Positions 15,297-26,059 of a stretch of DNA of 64,000 nt are shown piece after piece. Below the pieces are notes generated by a model. That model had not been told where the DNA came from. It saw nothing but the letters and a program-made list of their open reading frames with translations, and did not search any database. Made by a program: the position numbers and the translations under genes. The first letter of the stretch is position 1; each line of letters opens with the position of its first letter. The DNA comes from Candidatus Acidiferrum sp. Its GTDB lineage: Bacteria > Acidobacteriota > Terriglobia > Acidiferrales > UBA7541. The stretch is taken from contig JBGPIX010000001.1 in NCBI GenBank assembly GCA_041485085.1, positions 8,564 to 72,563 on the forward strand, read 5' to 3'.

Positions 15297-16394
15297 CTAG
15301 TCCCGTCCCTGTCTCTTCTCAGACCGGGAGAGAGCGGTCGGCCACCAGTTTCGAACCCCGTCCAGCGCGTCCAGCGGGTGGACCACTCTTGTCAGGAATT
15401 CACGCACAATCGCCCGCGCAAGCCTGATGCGGTCCAGCGGATGTCCAACCTTTTCAAGGCGCTCGCGGTGGAATTGCCAGAAGTTCTTGTCGCGTAGACG
15501 CAAAAAACTCTTGGCCAGCACGCGATAGTACTGTTTGGTCCGTTGCTCCAGGCGGCGATCATATTCTTCCCGCGTGAGATAGACCGGGCCGTGCGAAATG
15601 ATCGCGCTCAGAGTTCCCAGGATGTAGCTTTCGAGAGCTCGCGCGGTCTCGGCGTTGGAACCTGGTCGGGGCCGGGAAAAAGTCAGAACCTGGTGAACGA
15701 AGCCGAAATCAGAATCCTGGAGTACCTCAAAACACGCTTCGTAATCAGCATGTGGGTTTGCCTCGTTGTAAAACGAGTTTCGCGAACGAACCAGTTCCGA
15801 ACGAAGCAGTAGAGAGGCCGGCGTGCCAAACACATATGGACCACCGAGGAGCGTTTGCCGGCAGATCTCGCGTCCATGCACGTATTCGCCCGGGTATGGC
15901 AAGCCGGACCAAAGTACCTGAATTCCGTCCAGCCCATAGGCACCGACAATTCCTACCGAAGGATGGGCTTCCGCAACCCGCACCATCTCCTCGACGCATC
16001 GCGGAAAGAGCCAATCGTCGGCGAATACGACTTTGCAGTACTTGCTCGCAGAGGAGACTTGGCGGAGAGCGATGTTGTGATTTTCGATGACGGGTGCGAA
16101 GCGGTCGTTCGTCACAAGGCGAATGCGCCTATCGCGAGAAGCAAACGACTGCGCGATCTTGAGGGTGCGATCCGTACTGCAATTGTTGACGATGGTATAG
16201 TCCCAATTCTGGTAGGTTTGCGCCAGCACGCTTTCAATACACTCGGCCAGGTACTCTTCGCCGTTGTAGACGGGCGTGATCACGCTTACGAGCGGCTCAT
16301 CCTGGGGCTTCGGTTCCCGCACTTGAAAGTCGGATGGGCGATAAGAAGACATCGGTTCTTTCCTGGATGAACGGCCTTCAGTTCCCGCACTCAC
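15297..16394 (-). CDS. GT2 glycosyltransferase
   Basis: VSVITPVYN, NNCSTD, FADD. Confidence 0.9.
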   Translation of the reverse strand: MSAGTEGRSSRKEPMSSYRPSDFQVREPKPQDEPLVSVITPVYNGEEYLAECIESVLAQTYQNWDYTIVNNCSTDRTLKIAQSFASRDRRIRLVTNDRFAPVIENHNIALRQVSSASKYCKVVFADDWLFPRCVEEMVRVAEAHPSVGIVGAYGLDGIQVLWSGLPYPGEYVHGREICRQTLLGGPYVFGTPASLLLRSELVRSRNSFYNEANPHADYEACFEVLQDSDFGFVHQVLTFSRPRPGSNAETARALESYILGTLSAIISHGPVYLTREEYDRRLEQRTKQYYRVLAKSFLRLRDKNFWQFHRERLEKVGHPLDRIRLARAIVREFLTRVVHPLDALDGVRNWWPTALSRSEKRQGRD

Positions 16395-17701
16395 TTTTCA
16401 TCTCCGCCGAGGGCGCCCACCGGCTGTTCGCCTGCTCGGGATATCCGCTCAGAATGCAACCCCGGAAGCACCCACCTCTGAGGAAAGTAGACAATCCCGC
16501 TCCTCGAGTCGATGTTCTTCCCCGAACGGTAGATATTGGCGAGCTCGACTTCAAGTTTCGCGCAGTGTTCGACGCCATCGTAAACGATCCGACTAAGACC
16601 AGTTATCCAAAGTGAAAGGTCATACCTGCCCGGCAAGAGATTCAAGAAATCGATTTCCAAATCGAGATAACCGTCACCCGGTGCGATTTCGGGAATGTCC
16701 AGGCTGTGATGCCAGGTACTGGTGTCTGTCACCAGCGTTCCCATCTCGGTCAATAGCCGGAAGCCAAAGCTTGGATGCGGAATCGTTTTTTTTGCGTGAT
16801 AGTGGAAGCGCAGGCGGATGCTGTCGCCGCTTCGAGTAACCAACTGCGGCTGGCCGTCCAAGGTTAGAAAAGAAACGCCAGTGTAGTGAATGTCACCGTT
16901 CCCGTGGCGGCTTTCCATGCCGCTAAGATCGGAAGCGTTCTGCTGCGTTTCAGCAAAGGAAGCCAAATACGATGCGATGACCTCGTGGGTCGGCCCATCC
17001 TGACGGGCACTGCCGCTGTCAATCCAGATGCCCCGTGAACAGAGATTTTCAACGGCGGCCATGTTGTGAGAGACAAACAAAACAGTTCTTCCACCCTTGC
17101 GCAAATCTTCCATGACGCTCAAGCACTTTTTCTGGAAGCCCGCGTCGCCGACGGCCAACACCTCGTCGACGATCAAAACGTCAGGATCCAAGTGCGCTGC
17201 AACTGCGAAACCCAGCCGCAATCGCATACCCGAGGAATAGCGTTTGATAGGGGTGTCGATGAAGCGTTCCACCCCGGCAAACTCAATGATCTGATCGAGC
17301 TTTTCTTCGACCTCCCGGCGCTTCATTCCGAGGATGGAACCGTTTAGATAAATATTTTCTCTCCCCGTCAACTCCTCGTGAAATCCAGTGCCAACCTCGA
17401 GCAAAGAAGCCACCCGGCCACGAACGACCACACGTCCCGAAGTAGGGTAGGTAATCTTGCTGAGAACTTTCAATAAAGTGCTCTTGCCGGCGCCGTTCCG
17501 GCCGATGATGCCGACGACTTCGCCCTCTTTGACGGAGAAAGAAACATCCCGCAGTGCCCATAAAGTTTCGGGGGTGACCGAATTCCTGGCAAACGGGTTT
17601 TTCAGAAGACTGGTCAGACGCTCGCGAAGCATCGTCTCCTGGCTCATTTTTCCTAGGAGATATTGCTTCGAAAGATGGTCGATATGGATCGAATCGCTCA
17701 T
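16391..17701 (-). CDS. wzt: Polysaccharide ABC transporter ATPase with C-terminal Wzt_C carbohydrate-binding domain
   Basis: GRNGAGKS, YSSGM, LIVDEVLAVGD; C-terminal Ig-like extension. Confidence 0.92.
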   Translation of the reverse strand: MSDSIHIDHLSKQYLLGKMSQETMLRERLTSLLKNPFARNSVTPETLWALRDVSFSVKEGEVVGIIGRNGAGKSTLLKVLSKITYPTSGRVVVRGRVASLLEVGTGFHEELTGRENIYLNGSILGMKRREVEEKLDQIIEFAGVERFIDTPIKRYSSGMRLRLGFAVAAHLDPDVLIVDEVLAVGDAGFQKKCLSVMEDLRKGGRTVLFVSHNMAAVENLCSRGIWIDSGSARQDGPTHEVIASYLASFAETQQNASDLSGMESRHGNGDIHYTGVSFLTLDGQPQLVTRSGDSIRLRFHYHAKKTIPHPSFGFRLLTEMGTLVTDTSTWHHSLDIPEIAPGDGYLDLEIDFLNLLPGRYDLSLWITGLSRIVYDGVEHCAKLEVELANIYRSGKNIDSRSGIVYFPQRWVLPGLHSERISRAGEQPVGALGGDEK

Positions 17702-17809
17702 GCGACTCCCTTTATCATTTTGCCAGTAGGCAGTTCTCGTCTGCCTCTTCCGATTGCCGGGTGTGCGCCTTGAATTATCATCAGCCTTTTTTCTTTCTCC
17801 AAAACCACT

Positions 17810-18651
<842 letters not shown>

Positions 18652-18658
<7 letters not shown>

Positions 18659-19305
18659 ACTAGTTTCCGGCAATGAAAACCCTCCGCAAATCCGCCAGAG
18701 CTATTTGCTTCAATGCCCCGGATTCGCTGCAAACCCATGAAAGTGTCCGCAGTGAACCATTGCTTCGACCGCTGCGATGCAAACGCATCGAGAATATGCC
18801 TGGCCTTGCGCTCGCACGTGGCGCGGTCCAACCCGACAAAGAAATTGGGTGCGCCCAGGTCACCATCGTACTTGGGAATCTCGTACTCCAGGATCAGGTG
18901 GCTGCGAAACGTGTTCCGGGTCAGTTCACAGATCACTCGATGATCCTGATGCAAATCGTGACGGTAGTGCGTCAGAATCAGATCCGGCGCAAACGTTTTC
19001 TTCAGCTTTTCAAATTCGGCCTTGATCTGCGCTTGTTGCGAAGGGAAAAGAGTGTCGCGATAATTGCGAATCACCACTTTCTTCATCTTCGCCGCCGCTA
19101 AAAACAAACTCGCCGCCCGCACTGCTTCTTTCCTTCGAACCGGAGTCGAGCTGAACACGACCCAGTAGATTTCGACCTCCGGATGCTCCCGCAACAGGCG
19201 CAGAATCGTTCCGCCGCACCCAATCTCAATATCGTCGCAGTGTGAACCCAGGCACAGAATCCGGCGCAGGGGACGCTCCGCGGAGCCTAGGCACAAATCA
19301 ACCAT
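18652..19305 (-). CDS. PIG-L/LmbE family deacetylase
   Basis: SHCDDIEIGCGG and DLHQDH metal motifs. Confidence 0.88.
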
Positions 19306-20164
19306 CGCGACGGCTCGCCACGTAGTCGGTAGGCTCGCCAGCCTTTGATTTCGCGGGCTCCACCGCCGGAGCCGCTCCTTGGGCTACCTTGGAGTTCCAA
19401 ACCACCCAGGGCGCATCACCGCGCGCGTACAAATCGTCCAATTGCTGTTTGTCTTTAAACGTGTCCATCGAAGCGTAAAAGCCGTTATGCTCGTAAGCCA
19501 TCAACTGCTTTTCCTGAATCAGCCGGCGGAATGGCTCGAGAACCAGCTCTTCCCCCTCGCGCATGTACTTGAAAATGTCCTGCTTGAGCACAAAGTACCC
19601 ACTGTTGATCCGCAGTTCGGCATCTCGAATCGACTGAATATCTTTCACGACGCCATCGGGCCCGGCGGAAACCATGTGATAGGTCAAGTTCGGCTTCGCA
19701 GAAACGAACGTCGCAATTTTGTCGTGGTGTTCCGCGAAATCCACCAGCTTCGGCAGCTCCAGGTCGGTCAAGCCGTCGGCATAGTTTGCGAGGAATGCCT
19801 TTTCGCCAACCAAGTATTTCTCCACAGCCCTTAGCCGTTGACCGATGTTCGAATGCATGCCCGTCTCGGCAAAAGTGATGTTCCAGTCGTGTATGTCGCT
19901 GTTGAAAAGTTGCAGATCCTTGCCGCCTTTCGAAAGCGAAAAATCATTGGACACGCATTCGTCGTAATGCAGGAAATATTGCTTGATGGCGTCCGCGCGA
20001 TAGCCCAGGCACAACACAAAATCCTTATGGCCGAAGTGCGCGTAGTACTTCATTACGTGCCACAACACTGGCCGATATCCAATCGGCACCATCGGCTTCG
20101 GGACGTTGTCTGCGTATTCTCGCAACCGCATTCCTAATCCGCCACAAAATATGACGACTTTCAT
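19298..20164 (-). CDS. rfbF: Glucose-1-phosphate cytidylyltransferase-like nucleotidyltransferase
   Basis: GGLGMRL...PKPMV, CLGY, YADG, INSGYFV, MDTFKD. Confidence 0.85.
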   Translation of the reverse strand: MKVVIFCGGLGMRLREYADNVPKPMVPIGYRPVLWHVMKYYAHFGHKDFVLCLGYRADAIKQYFLHYDECVSNDFSLSKGGKDLQLFNSDIHDWNITFAETGMHSNIGQRLRAVEKYLVGEKAFLANYADGLTDLELPKLVDFAEHHDKIATFVSAKPNLTYHMVSAGPDGVVKDIQSIRDAELRINSGYFVLKQDIFKYMREGEELVLEPFRRLIQEKQLMAYEHNGFYASMDTFKDKQQLDDLYARGDAPWVVWNSKVAQGAAPAVEPAKSKAGEPTDYVASRRDG

Positions 20165-20307
20165 CTCCGAGACTCCTTCACTCTTAGCCTAATCGGCAAA
20201 ACGCCGGACATGCTGGCTTTATCCGCACCGCAATTCCTCATTCGGCAGACTGTATCTCAATGCATCGCACGGCGTTCTTCCACTTGACGGGGCTCCTCCA
20301 CGATGCA

Positions 20308-21597
20308 TCACGCATACACTTGCACCTCCGGAATCGGCACAACGAACTTCCCGCCCCATTCGCGAATAAACGCGTTCTGCTTGATGATTTCGTCTTTCAA
20401 ATTCCACGGAAGGATCAGCAGATAGTCCGGTTTCGTCTCCTGGATGCGCTCCGGAGAAAAAATCGGAACATGCGTCCCCGGCAGGAATCTGCCGTGCTTG
20501 TAGGGATTGCGGTCCACGGTGTAATCGAGGAAATCCGTTCGAATCGCGCAGTAATTCAGCAGCGTATTTCCCTTTCCCGGCGCCCCGTACCCTGCGATCT
20601 TTTTTCCGCTTCGTTTCGCGGTAATCAAAAACTCCAGCAGCTTCCGTTTCGTTTCCTTCACCTGCTCCGCAAAACGCGAATAAGTTTCCAGCCGCGTCGT
20701 TCCAGCCGCTTCTTCGCGCGCTCGCAATTCCGTGGCGCGCAGCGTCACCGGCTTTGATGAATCTTCCGCATGCCGCCCGTAAATTCGCAGCGAGCCTCCA
20801 TGCGTCGGCAGTTCTTCCACGTCAAAAAGCGTGATCCCGTGGGCCGCGAAAATCTTTTCCGCGGTTACAAACGAGAAGTACGAAAAATGCTCGTGATAAA
20901 TCGTGTCGAACTGGTTTTCTTCCGTCAGCCGCTGCAGGTGCGGAAACTCCATGGTGATCACGCCCGTCGGCTTCAGCAGGATTTTCATACCAACCACAAA
21001 ATCATTCAGGTCCGGCACCTGCGCCAGCACATTGTTGCCGAGCAGCAAATCCGCTTGCTTGCCCTGTGCAACAAGCTCGCGCGCCGTCTCTCGTCCGAAA
21101 AATTTAACCAGCGACGGCACGCCCTTCTTCACCGCCACTGCCGCAACATTCGCTGCTGGCTCAATTCCCAACACCGGCACTTTCTTCTCGACGAAATACT
21201 GCAGCAGATATCCATCATTGCTGGCCAATTCGACAACGAAGCTTTTCTCCCCGATCCCAAAGCGCTCCACCATCCGGTCCGTGTACTTCTTCGCGTGCGC
21301 CAGCCACGAATCCGAATACGACGAAAAATACGCATAGTCGCTGAAGATATGCTCCGGCGTGACGTACGCCTCCAGTTGCACCAGAAAGCACTTCCCGCAA
21401 ACATAGGCGTGCAGCGGATAAAACGCTTCCATCTGATTCAACTGATCACCTGGAAGAAAGCTCTCGCACAAGGGCGACATTCCCAGATCCACGAATGTGT
21501 GTTCGAGTTTCGTCCCGCAGAATCGGCAGCCGGCTTGTTTCGTCGCGGTCATCAATATTCCTGTTCGAGCTTGAGTAGGTTCTCCAACACCTTGCAT
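20308..21597 (-). CDS. NDP-hexose C-methyltransferase (Zn-binding N-domain, Methyltransf_13/14-like)
   Basis: CRFC...CGKC, ASNDG, DTIYHEH, THGGS, GYGAPGKG, LPWN. Confidence 0.9.
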   Translation of the reverse strand: MQGVGEPTQARTGILMTATKQAGCRFCGTKLEHTFVDLGMSPLCESFLPGDQLNQMEAFYPLHAYVCGKCFLVQLEAYVTPEHIFSDYAYFSSYSDSWLAHAKKYTDRMVERFGIGEKSFVVELASNDGYLLQYFVEKKVPVLGIEPAANVAAVAVKKGVPSLVKFFGRETARELVAQGKQADLLLGNNVLAQVPDLNDFVVGMKILLKPTGVITMEFPHLQRLTEENQFDTIYHEHFSYFSFVTAEKIFAAHGITLFDVEELPTHGGSLRIYGRHAEDSSKPVTLRATELRAREEAAGTTRLETYSRFAEQVKETKRKLLEFLITAKRSGKKIAGYGAPGKGNTLLNYCAIRTDFLDYTVDRNPYKHGRFLPGTHVPIFSPERIQETKPDYLLILPWNLKDEIIKQNAFIREWGGKFVVPIPEVQVYA

Positions 21598-22520
21598 TAC
21601 GCTTTTGTCGCTGTCTCCAACTCTGCCGGCTTTGCAATCGGCGGCTGCGTTTCATACATTTCAAAGTATTTCTCTGGCAGGTGCATCAGGTCCGTCCCGC
21701 GCAGATAATCTCCCATGGTGGTCCCGGTGCAAGCCGAGTCCACGTTCGAAGCTCCGCGCCGCGCCGCCACATCGTCCACATTGACTGTCCGGAAATCGAT
21801 GCTGAACCGCGTCTTCCCGGAATTGTTGGGCACGCTCGAATGCATTTGCGCGGCAGAAAAAAGCAGTACACCTCCCGGCGGCGCAATCACCCGGATTTGC
21901 GGGTCGAGTTCCATCGGCTCTTCCGGCTTCGGTTGTTTCCGTGTGTCCTGCTTGATGAACTGCGCGGCGTTCTGCCGGCTCGTGCGGTTCCATTCCGCGT
22001 AGTTGTATTCCGCCGAGCCGTTGCGCACCGCCTGGCTCCAATACCGCGGGTGAAACGCCATCGCATTTTCCGGAACGATCGGGTAAATCGGCAGCCACCA
22101 ATTGATCTGGCACATCGGCGCGGAATACCACGTGTCGCGATGCGGGTGGAAGGCGTACGCAATCCCTGATGTCAAAAAATCATCGCTCGTTGAAGAACGC
22201 ATCCGCGGCACGTCAAAATACGTTTTCTCCAGGCTGAATCCCAGGTCGCTCAGCATTCCCTGGATGCACTTTTTCGATTCCGGCGCATGAATGAATTTTG
22301 GTTTCAATTCCGAAAGAATCGCCGCGTACTTCTCAACCGGCATGTGAAACTGCGCCGTCTCCGGATCGAGCGGATGAAACGCCGCCTCCACCATCTTCCT
22401 CGCAAAGTCCACCAGCGCCAGCGAGCTCGCCGTCGGCGAATACACCAGCAACTGTCCGCGATACAGCAGCTCTCGCTTCTTTTCCTCGGAGATTGGTGCA
22501 TCAATGATGATCGAGTTCAT
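21597..22520 (-). CDS. Putative non-heme Fe(II)/2OG-type (DSBH) oxygenase
   Basis: HRD (HPHRDTWY), INWWLPI, distal H (QMHS), RFSIDFR. Confidence 0.65.
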   Translation of the reverse strand: MNSIIIDAPISEEKKRELLYRGQLLVYSPTASSLALVDFARKMVEAAFHPLDPETAQFHMPVEKYAAILSELKPKFIHAPESKKCIQGMLSDLGFSLEKTYFDVPRMRSSTSDDFLTSGIAYAFHPHRDTWYSAPMCQINWWLPIYPIVPENAMAFHPRYWSQAVRNGSAEYNYAEWNRTSRQNAAQFIKQDTRKQPKPEEPMELDPQIRVIAPPGGVLLFSAAQMHSSVPNNSGKTRFSIDFRTVNVDDVAARRGASNVDSACTGTTMGDYLRGTDLMHLPEKYFEMYETQPPIAKPAELETATKA

Positions 22521-22541
22521 GCCTTATTCCTTTCTGCTGCT

Positions 22542-23879
22542 TCAGTGCGCCGCCAGCGGCACGGCCTTCAAATCTTTCCGTAATAACTTGTGTTCCTCGA
22601 GAGCCTCCGCGGCCTTGCGTATGGCCTCAAAACGCACGCTCGAACGCTCCGCGATGTCCAGCAACGAATTCTTCCCATCCGATTGATTCAGCACCCACAA
22701 CATCGCCATCTCGCTGACGCCCGCGTCCGCCGTTCCGCCGACCGTGCGGTACAACCCGCGCTTCCCCAGTTGCGGTTCGCACTTCGGATTCAGATTTACG
22801 AACGTGCCGTTGTTTTCCAGCACCGAGAGAATTTCCAGGCTGACCGCCAGCGCTTCCCCCAGTTTATCCGCATGCACGAACTCCAGGTTGTCCGCTGACG
22901 TGTGATATTCCGGAAAGGTACCGTGCGGCGTCCTCGACAACCTTCCCACGGAAAGATTAATCCCCGGTGAACAGTACTGCCGCTCGTCGTAGCCATAAGG
23001 CGAGAATTCCAGAATCTCATGCGGTTGCCCGGAATGCTTCAACACGTGCGCTGCGGCTCGGTCGATTTCCGCAGTACCCTTCCGGCTTTTTTTGTAGTGC
23101 AGCGCCCCCGCATCACCAACGCCGGTTAGCACCAATCCGTGCTTGATGTTTGCGACCCTGTCCTCGTTCCTCGCCAGCCAGGTGATCGCACCGATCGTCC
23201 CAGGAATGAAAAGAAACCGGTACGAATACCGCCGCGTGGCAGACTGCAGCGATCGCGCCATCGAAACCGCCAGCGCAATGCCCGAAAGATTGTCGTTGCA
23301 GAGCGAGGGATGGCACGCATGGCAAGAAATCAGCACTTCGTCCCGCGTCTCCCCCGGCAGGTAATACTCTCCGTACGTCAAATGCCCGTCTTCCAGCGTC
23401 GAATCAATGTGGACTTCGTATTCTTCGTCCTTCATTCCAGTGAGCTGTTTTTCGCTCAGGCAAAATCCCCAGCTCTCGTTGTAGTAGGACGTCCGGTAAG
23501 GGATCCAATCCGGATGCTTGGGCAGCGTGAAGAGGTGTTCCCTCAATTCCGCCAGCCTCATCCGCCGCCTCACTGGCACGCTGTAATTCACCACATGCAG
23601 ATTCGACTTCTGAAAATCAATCACCCGCTCGCCGTTCGCGTTTTTCACGTAAGCGTCGCGGATGTTCCATTCCTTTGGCACCGTCCAGTCGAAAACCTGC
23701 GTGCCCGTCGGGACTTCCCGAAGTTCCAGCGGAATCTGCCGTTGCAGCAGCCGCAGCGTCTCTCGCAATCCGTCGCCCGTGATGCTGCGGCAAATCGGAT
23801 AGAGCTCGGCGATCAAACGTAGCATCGCTTGACCCTCAGCCAAGGGATCGAAACCGTTTTGTAGTTCTAACGCGCTCAA
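22542..23879 (-). CDS. DUF4910 / M28 aminopeptidase-like protein with C-terminal winged helix
   Basis: PICRSITGDG, DWTVPKEW, CHPSLCNDNLSG, DERQYCSPG, YHTSAD, EPQLGKRGLY. Start is TTG 23879 or ATG 23825; the ORF-track extension overlaps rfbC. Confidence 0.88.
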   Translation of the reverse strand: MSALELQNGFDPLAEGQAMLRLIAELYPICRSITGDGLRETLRLLQRQIPLELREVPTGTQVFDWTVPKEWNIRDAYVKNANGERVIDFQKSNLHVVNYSVPVRRRMRLAELREHLFTLPKHPDWIPYRTSYYNESWGFCLSEKQLTGMKDEEYEVHIDSTLEDGHLTYGEYYLPGETRDEVLISCHACHPSLCNDNLSGIALAVSMARSLQSATRRYSYRFLFIPGTIGAITWLARNEDRVANIKHGLVLTGVGDAGALHYKKSRKGTAEIDRAAAHVLKHSGQPHEILEFSPYGYDERQYCSPGINLSVGRLSRTPHGTFPEYHTSADNLEFVHADKLGEALAVSLEILSVLENNGTFVNLNPKCEPQLGKRGLYRTVGGTADAGVSEMAMLWVLNQSDGKNSLLDIAERSSVRFEAIRKAAEALEEHKLLRKDLKAVPLAAH

Positions 23880-23895
23880 GGCTGTCTTGCCGTTC

Positions 23896-24426
23896 TCACG
23901 ATACAAAGTCGGGATAATTCTGGTCGCGCTCGATGATGATTCGCTCGCCTTCAGGCCATTTAATGCCAAAAGCGGGATCGTTCCAGCGCACGCCTCGCGC
24001 GTGTTCCGCCGAATAGCGCTGCGCCATCTGGTAGAAAATCTCGGTGTCATCCTGCAGCGTCTGGAACCCATGCGCGAAATCTTCCGGGATGTACAGCATT
24101 CTGCGGTTTTCCGCGGAGAGCTCCACCGCGAAGTACTGCCTGAACGTCGCTGACGCCGGCCGCAAGTCGATGATGACGTCATAAATCGATCCCGAAGTGC
24201 ACCGCGCCAGCTTGGCTTCCGCGAACGGCGCTGCCTGGTAATGCATTCCTCGCAGTGTCCCTTTCCTCTTGTTGAAGGAAACGTTGCACTGCACCACTTG
24301 AGGATTTAGACCGTGCGCCTCGAATTCCTGCTGGCAGAACGTCCGGGCAAAGAAGCCGCGCTCGTCCGAGCGTCGTTCCAGTTCGATGACGAATGCGCCG
24401 GCCAGCTTAGTCTCCGTAAAGATCAA
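23896..24426 (-). CDS. rfbC: NDP-4-keto-sugar 3,5-epimerase (RmlC/RfbC family)
   Basis: DERGFF, GTLRGMHYQ, FAHGFQTL, RWNDP. Confidence 0.92.
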   Translation of the reverse strand: MIFTETKLAGAFVIELERRSDERGFFARTFCQQEFEAHGLNPQVVQCNVSFNKRKGTLRGMHYQAAPFAEAKLARCTSGSIYDVIIDLRPASATFRQYFAVELSAENRRMLYIPEDFAHGFQTLQDDTEIFYQMAQRYSAEHARGVRWNDPAFGIKWPEGERIIIERDQNYPDFVS

Positions 24427-24454
24427 ATCTCACCAGCCGCCCACCAAGAGCACT

Positions 24455-25516
24455 TCAGGAATTCTTCGCTTGCAGTACGTGCTCGGATTCCACGGCTTGC
24501 CAGCGCAGGTCGGAATTCAAGCGGCCTGATGCCAGCAATCCCTGGATGTGATCGATGCGCTTGTAGCGCGGGCCTTCAAAGTCCTCGACGCGCAGGTCCA
24601 CCTTTTTGTACGCTTCGTAAAGTTCGCGCGCGCCGCGCCGCGCATCCCACTTTGGCTGAAATGCCGGAAGCACCTTCGCAATGCGGGAAAAATCCGCGCG
24701 GTAGCACCGTTTGTCGGGACCCGCATCAGCCGCAAACTCAATCTCGCAACCGGGAACCGTTTCCTTCACGATCTCCGCCAGGTCACGAATCCGGTAATTC
24801 TCTTCGCTGCGGCCCACGTTGAACGCCTGATTGTGAATCAGCTCGCGCGGCGCTTCGAGCGCTGCCAGAAAGGCGCGCGAGATGTCTTCGATATGCACGA
24901 TCGGCCGCCACGGCGTGCCGTCGCTCTTGATGAACACGCGGCCCGTCGTCAGCGCCCAGGCCGTCAGGTTGTTCAGCACCAGGTCAAATCGCAGCCGCGG
25001 CGAAACGCCATAAGCTGTCGCATTGCGCAGAAACACTGGGCTGAATTCCGGGCTGGCCAGTTGTGACACTTCCTGTTCCACCAGCACCTTCGAGCGCCCG
25101 TAAGGGGTAACCGGATTAAATTCTGCAGTTTCATCCAGAATCTTGTCGCCTGCCGCACCGTACGTGCTGCAGGAGGACGAAAACAAGTAACGCTTGACCC
25201 CAACTTCTTTGGCAAGCCGCGCCAGCTGCACCGAGGCATGGTGGTTGATGTCGTACGTCAGATTCGGATTTAGATTGCCCAGCGGATCATTGGAAAGCCC
25301 TGCCAGGTGAATCACTGCATCAAAGCCCTTCAGGTCGGCAGCGTCCACATCGCGCAGGTCCTTGCGAATCGAGGGAAACTCTCGCGGCGCGTCCCCAAAC
25401 GTGCACTGTTCAAAGAGATCGCTGTCCAGCCCAACAACTTCGTGCCCGGCATCCGCCAAAAGGGGTGCCATTACCGTCCCGATGTAGCCTTTATGTCCTG
25501 TAATCAGTATCCGCAT
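24455..25516 (-). CDS. Extended SDR NAD-dependent nucleotide-sugar epimerase/dehydratase family protein
   Basis: TGHKGYIG, HLAGLSNDP, SSCSTYG, YGRSK; start moved to ATG 25516. Confidence 0.9.
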   Translation of the reverse strand: MRILITGHKGYIGTVMAPLLADAGHEVVGLDSDLFEQCTFGDAPREFPSIRKDLRDVDAADLKGFDAVIHLAGLSNDPLGNLNPNLTYDINHHASVQLARLAKEVGVKRYLFSSSCSTYGAAGDKILDETAEFNPVTPYGRSKVLVEQEVSQLASPEFSPVFLRNATAYGVSPRLRFDLVLNNLTAWALTTGRVFIKSDGTPWRPIVHIEDISRAFLAALEAPRELIHNQAFNVGRSEENYRIRDLAEIVKETVPGCEIEFAADAGPDKRCYRADFSRIAKVLPAFQPKWDARRGARELYEAYKKVDLRVEDFEGPRYKRIDHIQGLLASGRLNSDLRWQAVESEHVLQAKNS

Positions 25517-25591
25517 TCCACCGTTCCTTAGAGAGGCCGAGGGCTGCCCTTCGCTGTGGACAGACTGACACCCGCACTCCAGGTAGAAGTA

Positions 25592-25607
25592 TGCATGCCG
25601 CATGCCA
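25592..25607 (-). promoter_or_regulatory. sigma54 promoter candidate for the SDR-rfbC-DUF4910...wzm/wzt-GT operon
   Basis: TGGCATGCGGCATGCA; dyad TAACGTATTGTAAAGTAATGGTTTA at 25631-25655. Confidence 0.65.
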
Positions 25608-25842
25608 GTACCATCTCACCCTCCACATTCTAACGTATTGTAAAGTAATGGTTTATGGAAGATCATTCGTGAGGCTAGAAGCTCTGAAGAGGGCTACGAC
25701 TATGCTTTTCCCGGAAGCGGTACTCATTTTCACTTGATCGGCAGGCCCCCAGTGGATGCTTGGAGCGGTTGCCTCAACTCCTGTAAATACAGAGCCTTAC
25801 GTCCTAGTCTGATCTTGCTCGAGAGCGCGGAACAAAAGGACC

Positions 25843-25871
25843 TTGACTTTTCCTCTGGTTCCGTGTATCTT
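25843..25871 (+). promoter_or_regulatory. sigma70-like promoter with no downstream + strand gene
   Basis: TTGACT-N17-TATCTT. Confidence 0.4.
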
Positions 25872-25916
25872 TATATTTTAGAGAAAATTACGTCTTCTCC
25901 ATTTTTGTTCCCAATT

Positions 25917-26057
25917 TAAGTTATTTAGAATCAACAGTTATGAGAAGAAAGGCGGAATTGCGCCTCTAACTAACTCTAGGATCAGCACTTACAGAAGTGT
26001 TGATTCTAAATGACTTTATCCCCCTTTAGAATCAACACTTATCAAAATGCCGGGGGA
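25917..26057. repeat. Intergenic direct/inverted repeat element (TAGAATCAACACTTA core)
   Basis: Direct copies at 25926, 25977 and 26027; perfect 16-bp inverted repeat 25995-26010 / 26025-26040; ends in CCGGGGGA. Confidence 0.85.
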
Positions 26058-26059
26058 CC

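Noticed and set aside
23880-24182. ORF-track N-terminal extensions (DUF4910 to 24182; also SDR to 25603, propeller to 32919, wza to 47658)
   Set aside because: They overlap neighbouring genes or sigma54 promoters, and downstream starts fit the family N-termini better, several with an RBS.
25917-26057. Possible CRISPR mini-array or dif site
   Set aside because: The repeats are only ~15 bp, degenerate and partly inverted, there are no cas genes, and there is no XerC/XerD 11-6-11 match.
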